Positions 53,862 to 64,000 of a stretch of DNA of 64,000 nt are shown one piece after another. The stretch comes from Camelus ferus (taxonomy: Eukaryota), in NCBI RefSeq assembly GCF_009834535.1, contig NC_045696.1, forward strand, positions 21,888,001 through 21,952,000, written 5' to 3'. The stretch's first letter is position 1; each line of letters begins with the position of its first letter. The notes under the pieces were generated by a model, which was given only the letters and a program-made list of their open reading frames with translations, was not told the DNA's origin and did no database searches. The translations under genes were made by a program, and so were the position numbers.

Positions 53862-54097
53862 AATTTTTTATTGAAGTATAGTCAGTTTACAATGTTGTGC
53901 CAATGTCTGGTGTACAGCATAATGCTCCAGTCATACATGATCATACGTATACTCATTTTCATATTCTTTTTCACCATAAGTTACTACAATATATTGAATA
54001 TAATTCCCTGTGCTATACAGTATGAAGTTGTTGTTTATCAGTTTTATATATATTAGTCAGTATCTGCAAATCTCGAATTCCCAATTTATCCCTTTTT
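53862..54097 (-). mobile_element. L1 3' end fragment
   Basis: ttttttattgaagtatagtcagtttacaatgttgtg...ccctgtgctatacagt...cccaatttatccc. Confidence 0.85.
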
Positions 54098-55122
54098 AAT
54101 TTAAGTAAATAATGCTGCTTGAATAATCATGTACTCATGTGGTAAAAAGATAAAGCAAATGAAAAAAGAAGTTTCTGCTTTACGGTGAATAATTTAAAGG
54201 AGGAAAAAAATCGTAGAATCATACTGAAAGTTTAAACCAATGTAATACAATCATTGGAAGTATAGAAAGGCTTCCTGCCATGCCATATGTTACTGATGCA
54301 AAAGATGGATGATGATTAAAGATAATCATTCATGAAGACTGCAATTGATGCATTTATTAAGGGAAAACTACAATCTGAAACCAATTCAAAGTGCAACCAA
54401 TTTCACCTGCTCCTGAATTTTTTATTCACCTTATGGATGTCATTTTTTAAACTGGTTGCTTGGCATTGCTCTCAGATTTTCACCTTAATTTTACTTTAAA
54501 AAACTTTAGGCTGGTATTAACCTTGTATTCCAGATCAAAGTCACTAATGTTTTGACTATTTCAAAAAAAAAAAATTTTTTTTCCATGGTGTGGTATTAAT
54601 CATAGCTACTCCAGTATCAAGAGACTAAAGTCACAGTAAATGAGATGAGTGTCACAAAGCTGCACTGAGATGGTCTGTAATAGTTCCCATCCCCCAAGTA
54701 ATTCCTTATCTAATGTTATTGTTACTGAAGAGGTCATACACTGATAAGAAGTCTTCCAAAGGCTTAGCATCAACATATAAAATTTAATAATAAATGAGAC
54801 ATCAAAACACACGGAGATAATAACATATTTAAATGCCATTATAATGAACTCCAACACAGTTTGAAATTAAAAGACCACTGAATATAAAAATAAAACTTTT
54901 TCATATGTGTATCTAGCCTAAGAGCCTCTCTATCCTCAGGGGGGTGGCAGACTGTGACTCTTGATACGTAGCAGCTGGAATTCCATTTGCAAAGTTACAT
55001 TCATGTAATTGTCTGGACAGTCAGTAAAGATTGTTTTTACCCTACACATGGCTTTTTATTTCTTCCTTATCTGTTACCTTAAATTAACATTTCTCTGTCT
55101 CTTAAGAAACTATCTGCAGAAT

Positions 55123-55750
55123 TGTTACCAGGCATATGCCAAATTGGACCATCCTACATAGATTTAAATTTATTCTCATTGAAATACAACTATCAAATGC
55201 AATGTTACTAAATTCCTACACGTGGAGCCGTCTGGCACTCTCTAGAGTCATAAAACTCCCACCCCTGGGCTTTCTGTGTGCCAGGAGGCTATTGACACCT
55301 CAACCCCCACTCCTCACTGCCGTTCACTCCGCATACCTGCATTACTACAAGATAAAAGAATCCTCTCTTGTTGTGTGTTTACCCTAACAAAACTCATCGC
55401 CCCAGGAAACAGCCCATCTCACAACACTCTAGGGGAAAAGGCCTGGAATCCTGCCTTTATCAAGTTACAAACCCTATTATTCAGAGTGGTTCCTGACAGA
55501 TCTTACAATCAATCAGGCAGCTGTGCATGAATTGATCATGTAGCCCCCTACTCCTCATGTGCACAGACCCTCACACCAAATAAAAGGCCCTGAACGTCCT
55601 CCCCAGCGTTCACCAGGCACCTCTTGTCTGTGTGGCCCGCTGTTGTCTGCAGCAGCGTATCTACTAAACCTCCACTTTGTTCTTAAGTCCTCGTGGTCTT
55701 TGGTTCTTGGTAAATTCTTTTACCAACCCGCACACCATCACGGCACAACA
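55123..55750 (+). mobile_element. solo LTR (ERVL class, MER74-like)
   Basis: TG...CA bounded block with A-rich TATA-like aataaaagg (~55579), actaaa, and cttggtaaattcttttacc near the end; no clear TSD. Confidence 0.6.
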
Positions 55751-56024
55751 TTGAGCACAACTTCTAACACTCTTCCAATTCATTTTTGCTAGAGCTTTTC
55801 TCATCAGCCCTCATCTGAAATCTGAAGCCCTTCCTTCAGATAATGTCAACTCTTTGCAAATAAAAAGGGTTGGGGGTGGGAGAAGTTTCATCCATGTAAC
55901 TGCCATTCTTGCCCTAAAAAATATTGATTACCATAATTTCAAATGATGAACTGTGTGCCATTTAATGTTTGTCACTAAGCACATTTTGACAAATTCCATT
56001 GAAGATATAACTAAAGCTTCTAAC

Positions 56025-56645
56025 TGACGCAGGAAAACAAATGTGGAGCATGAGAAGAGCTGTGTCCCAGGCTTGTTGAGCCCCTGGTACGTGCCCCGCC
56101 AAGTATGGGTCCTTGGCTTCGCACAGGAAAGAATTCAAGAGTGAGCCACAGTTGAGATTTATTTAGAGAGATATTGCATACAGCGTAAGGCAAGAGAAAG
56201 GTAAGGAAATAGATGTGGGAATTGGGTGCTCAGGTTAAAGTAAAAGTAGGTACACATTCCATAGACAGAGCGCGGGCTGTCTCCAAAGAGGAGGGAGCGA
56301 AAAGGGCCACTAGACAAGGTGTTGCCAGTTTTTATGGGCTTAGTACCTTCACATGCCTAAAGGTGGAATCATTCCAACTGCCCTGGGGAAGGAGCTGGGA
56401 TTCCCAGGGATTGGGCCACTGCCCAATCTTTGGCCTTTTGCAGTTAGCCTTGGGGCTGTCATGGCGCCTGCGGGCATGTTACTTATCATGCTGTTACAAT
56501 GAGCATATAATGAAGCCCAAGGTCTACTAGAAGTCAAACTTCTTAATCCTCAAGGCCAACTAGGAGGTGAATCTTCCACCATTTTGGTGTTAAATTGCTG
56601 TCATTCCTTGAGTGGCTGTGCCCTGCCACCTTCCATCCTGTCTCA
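56025..56645 (-). mobile_element. ERV1-type solo LTR, 621 bp
   Basis: TG...CA termini with perfect 4-bp TSD taac (56021-56024 / 56646-56649); minus-strand AATAAA (~56158-56163) and TATA-like cataaaa (~56331-56337). Confidence 0.85.
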
Positions 56646-57607
56646 TAACTAATCCAAGGTCTGGAAAGCTGCTTTTCAATGAGCATTACACATTTTTTTT
56701 AACTAATTTACTATTAGTATTTTGAGAACTAGAGACCCAAATTCTGCTAGCAGCTGAGTATTCAGCACATAGCTCTGCAATGCAGTGAAGCTATTTTAAA
56801 AATAGATTTGTATAAGCAGGTTACTATATCCTTCTATGACAGAACTACAAGGACTTTATTTGTAAAACCTCTAACAAAGTTTCTTACCACTTGTTGACCA
56901 GCAGAGTAGAAACACTGAAGACAAAAGTAAGCCTTATATTTGAAGAGGGCTGTGATGTATGTAGTGTGTATAGGAGAAAATAAAGCTTATTTTGGATGTT
57001 AAATATTACATAAGGTACAGGCATGTATGATTTACTACTAAATGAAACAGAAATGTGTATTCCACAGATAAGATCTCTGTCCACTTTTCACTTGGCCATC
57101 CACACCTCAGATTTTAGGGAAGAGGTACCAAGTGTCATCCATACAGGGAGTTACTAAAAAGTTCTGAAATAGATACATTTTTAGAAAGATCACTCAGGCA
57201 ACCATGTAGAGGATAGAACTGAAGGAGTGAGCATAGAATTAGAGAGACCAATTAAAGAGCTGTAGTTACAGCCTCAAGTAGGATGTTGAGGGCTGAACCA
57301 AAACAGAGGTGGGAATTATAATTGTAAAAAAAAAAAAATTATTCAAGTAAAACCCACAGGGCTTTAATAATTTATTAGTGAACAAGAAAGAAAGGTTCAA
57401 AGAATGGCTATGATTTTACTACTTTGCAATAATAAATATTGACAGCATTTACTAAACTGAGAAATGCAGAAAGAGAACATAATTGGGATAAAGAAAAATG
57501 GTTCTATTTTAGACATATCATCCAAGTTGCCATGATGAGAGTTCAAAGAGAGAAAGTTTTAGAGGTCATTGAAGTTAAAATGGTAGTTGAAGGACCATTT
57601 TTTAGGT

Positions 57608-58035
57608 TTAGGAGACAGTTCTCCATGAGTCTCTCATGTCTTATCTTGAAAGCAGATGCACTGATGGTCTTTGTTCTGGGCTATCTTTTCAAGGATGTTT
57701 GTGTAGTTAATAAGCTTAGAAGATGGAGTTAGTGTCTCCCTCCAGAACATGGGGAAGTTTAGTTCCGGCCCAGAATAACAAAGATAATGTCTTCCTGCAG
57801 GGTGAAGATCAGACAGACTTAGAGTCCATTACACAATATCTTGCTTCTCTAAGCTCAGAATTCCTCTTCTATAGTGCAACTCACAGAGTGGCCTTCTTTG
57901 TGTCCCTTTGTGGGAATCAGAGCTCAGAGAATAGTGCAAATGCTGATTCTCTGGCCACTGCTAGTGTTAAGTAAAAAGACTCCTAGTCTCTAACCCAAGA
58001 GTTATATGAAACTGTGGCAGGTTAACTTGCAAGGA
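57608..58035 (+). mobile_element. LTR40-like ERVL solo LTR within L2-like sequence
   Basis: ggagacagttctccatgagtctctc...ctatcttttcaaggatgtttgt...tagtgtctccctccag matches recalled LTR40 text. Confidence 0.7.
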
Positions 58036-58827
58036 AAGGAAACTGTTGAGGTTTTCCAGGTGTCAGGAACTGTGAAGGGTTCATGTATGGGTTAAAAATG
58101 AAAGGAATTGCCTCATGATATTGAAATAGAGCTTCATAACCCAGAGAGAAGAGAATTTTCAAGAAGGAAATTTTCAATCATGCAGAGATGTCCAGTAAGA
58201 TGAGGCCTTCAAAAGGTCAACTCAATTTGGTACCATCAACAAGAACACTTTCAGGGTGAGAGAGGATGCCAGAACAGTGTCCAGTGGACGACGGAATAAT
58301 CTTTAGGGAAGGACAGAGTGAGAGCAGACTGAAACATCTATTCTAAAAACTTTGGTTTCAAATAGAAGTTTGATCTTGAAGAGAAGCAAACATTTAGAGG
58401 TGTAGACTGAAGAGAGGGCAAAATTAATCTAAAAAAAAGGATTTTTGTTGTGTATCATTTTATTTTTTAATTGAGAGGGAAAATAAAAGAGAAAATCTAG
58501 TACTCTGATGAAAAGAGAAAGACTAAAGGTTGGGAGGAAGGAGAAATGAAACAGAACAAGAATTAAAATCCAGTGAATGCTGAAATGAAAAAAAATGTTT
58601 TAATCTACTCAGCAACTCCTTAGGTGTGAAGAAAGAGTCGATCACAAATGAACTCTGAATAGACTGCTGGCTGAGGACACAGCCAGTCATACAAAAGAGA
58701 AGTGGGAAATTATTTGGAATAGCAATGTTTAGAGAACATTATTGGAGACAATAAACAATAATAACTGAAGTTTTATGATTCAGGAATCCACATTTCTCAA
58801 GTATGAACGAAAAGAAATGAAATCAAG

Positions 58828-59262
58828 TGTGTGTTGTTTTTCTAGGGCTGCCGGGCAGGTGCTTAAACAACAGGAATGTATTGTCTCATGGCTCTGGGGG
58901 CTGGAAGTCCTGGATCAACATGTAGGTAGGGTTGGTTCTTTCTGAGGGCTGGGAGGGAAAATCTGCTGAATGTGTCTCCCTTCGCTCCCGGCAGTCTGCT
59001 GACAATCAGCATTGCTTGACTTGTAGAAGCATCGTCCTGATTGTCTTTATCTTCACAAGCTGTTCTCCCCATGTGCATGTCTGTGTCCAAATTTCCCCTT
59101 TCTATATGGACACAGGTCATACTGCATTGAGGTCCCCCCTAAAGACCTCACCCTAACTTGACTTCGTCTGCAAAGACTCTATTTTCACAGAAGGTCACCT
59201 TATGAAGTCCTAGTGGTTAGGCTTTCAACATCTTTTGGGGGAACACAGTTCAATCCATAACA
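58828..59262 (-). mobile_element. MaLR solo LTR (MLT1C-like)
   Basis: ctagggctgcc...gcttaaacaacaggaatgtattgtctca...ggttggttctttctgagggct...ttcaatccataaca. Confidence 0.85.
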
Positions 59263-59421
59263 AAGTTTCTACTCATCTTTCCAAGAAGTCTTCTCTCACC
59301 AGCTCAGATATCTCTCTATATGGCTTAAAAGTGATACCAACACGTGCTGAGGTGAGTACCTACAAGGAGCCCTTCATACTGTCTGCATGAAACACAGCTC
59401 ACTAAGCATCTTCCATGCCTC

Positions 59422-59813
59422 TATATGTGTTTGCTAAGGCTGCCATAACAAACAATCACAGATAGTGACTTAAACAATAGAAATTTATTTTCTCACAGTT
59501 AAGGAGGCCAGAAGTCCAAGATCAAGGTGCCAGCAGATATGGTTTCTCCCAAGTCCCCTCCTTGGCTTGTAGATGGCCCCCTTCTTGCTGCCTCTTCACA
59601 GTCGTCTCTGTGTGTGTGAACTGCCCTGGTATCTGTATGTCCAAAGTCCCTTTCCTTTTAAGAACATGTCAAATTAGATTAGGACCCACCCTAACATCCT
59701 CATTTTAGTTACTTCTTTAAAGACTCTATCTCTAAATAATGTCACATTCTGAGGTACTGGAGGTTAGAGCTTCAGCTTATAACTTTGGAGGAAACATAAT
59801 TCAGCCCATGACA
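59422..59813 (-). mobile_element. MaLR solo LTR (MLT1B-like)
   Basis: gctaaggctgccataacaaa...aatttattttctcacagtt...gtcacattctgaggtactgg...attcagcccatgaca. Confidence 0.85.
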
Positions 59814-61654
59814 GCCCCCTAAGTTATACTTCACAGAAAATGTGGTACAAGAATCCACCCATATTTCTTTTTAGGCAATGGCAGGGATTTTATTCTTCTC
59901 CCTACATGATTTTCTCTGTCCCCATTTCAAGGTCCTTCCACAAAGTTGTTATGAGATCTCTTATTCGTGGAGGAAGTGGAATGGGCTCTCTCATCAGTTA
60001 CCAGTCCCTAGAGAGGGACATTCAAACCTATAGCATCATATGAGAAAAAACACACAGAAATAAAATATTCAAATGTAAATTAAACAATGTCACATTTTCT
60101 CTTATTGTGGCTTAAAAATAAGATTAAAAAAAACATGTAATTGAAAGAAAGAAAATTGTTAGAGCCTCTCTTAGAATTAAACAATTTCTGGTCTGAAAAT
60201 CTTAGTTTACAGGAAAAGAAATGTTGCATATTTATGAAAGAAGATTGGAAATCGAGCACATAATTTCCTAGCTTTTTAATAACCTGAAATAAAATACATA
60301 ACCTTATATTTCACAGAAAATGTAATTTAGCAGCATGAATCATGAGTAGAGGGCATGAAAAAAAGAAATTTCAAGTTTCCAAGTTAATTTAACTCTAACT
60401 CAGTTTTAGAGTCAGCAATCAATACCAAAATCCTCCATAACCTCCCTAACAAAATTTGCTATAGATTTATATGGTGGGTGGTCACTGAAATGTAACAAAT
60501 ATTTGCCTTTCAAATTTTCCGATGAAGTAGCTAAACTGGATTAGGTTGCTTCTGCTAAACAGCAGTGCATCATTAACAATGTGAGTTTCTTCCTTCTCAA
60601 ATGTGCCATCACAGCATTCATGTTAAAAGTTTTTTTAATGCATTTCTTAATACCCTCAAATAATTATTCAAAACTTCACTTGAGCTTTTGTTGCCAAGAA
60701 AAACGAAAGTGCCTTAGTGTCTCATGTTTTATCAAAATTGTCTCCAATATCGCATTCAACGAGTACCTCTGAATGATGAATGATCCCTAGCTTTGCTAAA
60801 ACAATGGTGTTTTCCTCCTGAACTTCTTAAAAATTTTAATGTAATGTCTGTCTGCCTGCTTCTGTACTTAGGCTTCATCAGCAACTTGACTGCAATCTCG
60901 AGGAGTGCAATGCTTTGCTTAAAATCTTTCACTTCTTATTAAATAACACTCCACTAATCATCTTATCAGGAAAGAAATAACACTACTGACACAAAATTTC
61001 AAGTCTCCAAATACCTATGGCATTCTCAATTCTCAAAATTCCTTGAGAGAACTATGTGCATAGAGGTCCATGCCTTTTGTGCATTCATTAATCATTAAAT
61101 TTACTCATTTATCATATAATTTTTAGAGTGTTATGAGCCAAGTATTTTATTAGAGCTTGAAGATGAGAAGGTGAAAGAGAAGGTCTATGTCCTCAGGTGG
61201 TTTACAGTGTTTCATAAGGCCGATTTCAATGCAGGGCTGTGGATTGAATCAGAAACTGGGCATGACTGGCTATACAGAGAAGCTGGAGGTGTGTGCGTAC
61301 ATCGTGTGTGTGTGCCCTTGTGTTCAAAGAGCACGATATGGTAAGATAATCATATAGTGGGTACAAGCATCAATCCTCCCCATGGAACCTAATCATAAAA
61401 CCCATCCTTCAATTGGTAGTAGCAACCACCATTTTCAAAAGCATGAGCTGTATCTGATTCACAAATGACTTCGTCCACCCAACACACAACAATGGGGTAA
61501 CTGCTAGCACCACATACACCAATCATTTGACATCATGATTCCATTTGTGTTAACAGCAATATTCTTGTTGAATCTCCTTTCACTTAACTTAATTAACTAT
61601 AAACTATTACTGAAATATTAATAAGGCAGACACTCATTACATATTTTTAATTTA

Positions 61655-62185
61655 GATTCATTTTTATTAATTTTATCAAAAATTGTCAAATACCTAGCTA
61701 GTGTCAGGCATTGTATTAGGCACTGAGAATAAATTAGTAAGTGAAAACTGACAGAGACCCAGCATTCTTGGAGCTCTCATGGGAGAGATGGGGATTATTT
61801 AAGTCTAACACAATTTAAAATAAATTATAATTGTGATAAGTGCTAATGCAGAAAGGAACATCTGACCCAGGGCAGCAGGCCAGTGAAAGACTCTTAGGAA
61901 AAATGAAGATTGATTTATAGTCTCAGAGAACAGTAGAAGCATGAGGTGAAGGAGAGCTTGAGTGTAAAAGGGGGAGATCGTCCAGAAAGAGGGAACGACC
62001 TTTAATGAGAAGCAGCTGATCACATGAGCAATATAGTAGACAGAGAATAGAAAGCAGGAGTGAGAAATGTGAAAAAAATGAGATGCAAAGGAGGATGATG
62101 AATACCAGGCAATGCTTGGACCTGGAGGCCATGTTCAAATGTTTGGCCTTTATCTTAAGAGCAATGGGAATTCATTAAGGGTTTT
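61655..62185 (-). mobile_element. L2 3' fragment
   Basis: gtgtcaggcattgtattaggcactgagaata...tttggcctttatcttaagagcaatgggaa. Confidence 0.65.
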
Positions 62186-62194
62186 TTTTTTAAA

Positions 62195-62695
62195 CTAGGT
62201 ATTTTATTGAGGTATGACTGACATACAAAAACCCGTATAATTAAAGTATAAAATTTGATGAGTTTAGTGACAGCTATACACCCATGACACCATCACTACA
62301 ATCAATGCCATAAACTTATTGATTACCTCCATAAGTTTCCTCCTTACCTCTTTGTGTTTTTTTGTGATAAGAACACTCAACAGAAGATCTATCTCTTAGC
62401 AAACTTTTAAGCACAAGACAGTACTGTTAACTACAAGCACTATAATGTACAATTCATCTCTAGGACTTACTCATCTTGCGTAACTGAAACTTAGTACCCT
62501 GTGACCAGCACCTCCCTGTGCCCCTTCCCCCCAGGCCCTGGCAGCTACCCTTCTACTCTGCTTCCTTGGGTTTGACTATTTTACATTCCTCATGCAAGTG
62601 CAATTATGTAGTATTTGTCCTTCTGTGGTTGGCTTATTTCACTTAGCATAATGTCCTTCAGGATCATCTATATTGTCACAAATGGCAGGATTTCC
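62195..62695 (-). mobile_element. old L1MA-like 3' end
   Basis: ttttattgaggtatgactgacatac...ggcttatttcacttagcataatgtcc...ttgtcacaaatggcaggatttcc. Confidence 0.85.
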
Positions 62696-62844
62696 AGAAA
62701 TGACTCTGCTTCTTCAAGTGTTTTTTAAAGTAATATTCTTTACATAATTCCTTGATTGTATAAAAAAGAACTATTTGAATGTTTACAAATTACAAATCTC
62801 CTAAATATATTTTAATTCTCTTTCATATTTAACCAATCAAAACC

Positions 62845-63738
62845 TAAAATCATCACGAAATTTTAATTTGCTTGAAAATAGTTGTGGTTACTGTTATTTT
62901 TTTCTCAAATAGTATGAGCCTAGGTGGGATTCTTATAAACACACCTATGTTTACCCCCAAGGGCACACAATCGATTCTCTCTCACTTTTCCCAGAGAAAT
63001 ATCTGTATACAAATAGGAACAGTCTATTTTAAATTAATTAATGTCATGCTGTTCGTCTTCAATGTATCTTCAGTAAATAGATGGAAGGAAAGGGTAGCAG
63101 TAAACTGTGGCAAGTATGCCTACGGAATCCTAATTACAAAGTGTGTCCCCCCGCTGAAACATCCTTCCAGCACGTTCAGCTATCTTCTCTGCCCCCTCCT
63201 CTCTGAACTCTGAGTCCATGAGCAGCTCTTCTATACTGATTCTGTTACTTTGCTCCTCAGGGCTTCATGAAGGGTAAACACAGCTGGACTGTCAGCAAAG
63301 GTCTAATCTGGAAACCATCTCTATCATCGCTCTTGGAAACTTTTTTGGATCCACGCTAATTCCCGTCTTCAGTTCTTTGAAAGGATTCAGTTTTAGGGAA
63401 CTTTCATCAAACCAGCCATATCCTGCTATTTTTGTCACTTTTTTTTAATGTTTTTCTGAAAATGTAATTATAATTCCATCCATCGTAAGGTAGTTTTGTT
63501 TTTCACAAAATCAGAAGAAATGACGGTTTTCTATAGAGGTCCTTTGTGTCTTCTGGAGGACGATTTTCCTTTTAAAGAATACTTTTTCTGCATTAAAATT
63601 AACATGCCAACCCCCAAGCTGAGATCAGCTTCTGGGCTGCTGCTTGTTATTTTCGAACGTGTAAGCTTTGCGCTACAAGTTTCCCCTGCTGTCCGAAAGC
63701 AGAGCGTTCCTATGAAACCTTTCATAAGCCGAAATGGC
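62845..63738 (-). other. candidate terminal exon / 3'UTR of an unidentified minus-strand gene
   Basis: Acceptor-like ttgcttctttcttttag|G on the minus strand (exon start 63738); non-repetitive, relatively CpG-rich body; ATTAAA at 62867-62862 followed by U/GU-rich sequence. Gene not recognised. Confidence 0.3.
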
Positions 63739-64000
63739 CTAAAAGAAAGAAGCAATTACCTTAGGATACATTTTGCTAACGGATGCACAAAATAAATCAA
63801 GATAAAGTACAAGTGCTCACAGACACATTTCAAAGCTATGGTGCTTCATGCTGAGACGCTGCATGTCGTTCCCAGGGAAGCAGCTTGATGGCGCCACTCA
63901 CTGCTCAGGATGCACACTGCCTCTATAATGGCTGGCTACAAAACAAAGGCTGAAAGCTATTTTCGCTTTCCTTCTTTTTCATAAAAGCAAAAATCCTCTT

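Noticed and set aside
63880..63910. CTCF-like motif around gatggcgccactcactgc
   Set aside because: Only the 3' half of the consensus matches on either strand, so it cannot be supported without ChIP data.
1..64000. The many 60-135 aa ORFs in the track outside L1 and ERV sequence
   Set aside because: Short, often TTG/GTG-started, low-complexity or inside repeats, with no recognisable domains; expected by chance in eukaryotic DNA.

Overview
This is AT-rich mammalian genomic DNA, mostly interspersed repeats, with no recognisable host protein-coding gene. A camelid origin is inferred from a short tRNA-derived SINE resembling Vic-1, cetartiodactyl-type L1 3' ends, and no obvious Alu, Bov-A or PRE SINEs. 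Main contents: (1) a full-length ~7.1 kb LINE-1 (23213-30295) with a perfect 14-bp TSD, CpG-rich 5'UTR, intact ORF1 and disrupted ORF2, inserted in an old L2; (2) an older, rearranged L1 (15802-19173) with its pieces out of order, joined at microhomologies and carrying a nested SINE; (3) a decayed two-LTR ERV-L-type provirus on the minus strand (~39190-43010) with protease, RT, RNase H, integrase and dUTPase remnants; (4) many solo LTRs, MIR/L2/L1 fragments and microsatellites; (5) a possible minus-strand terminal exon/3'UTR at the right end. The most unusual observations are an 87-bp locally templated insertion with template-switch scars, an ATG ORF behind a splice-acceptor-like motif in the ORF1-ORF2 spacer of two different L1 copies, and a tiny twin-priming inversion. 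I found nothing I can claim as a new biological system. Repeat family names come from recalled consensus similarity, not a database search, and boundaries of old repeats are approximate.
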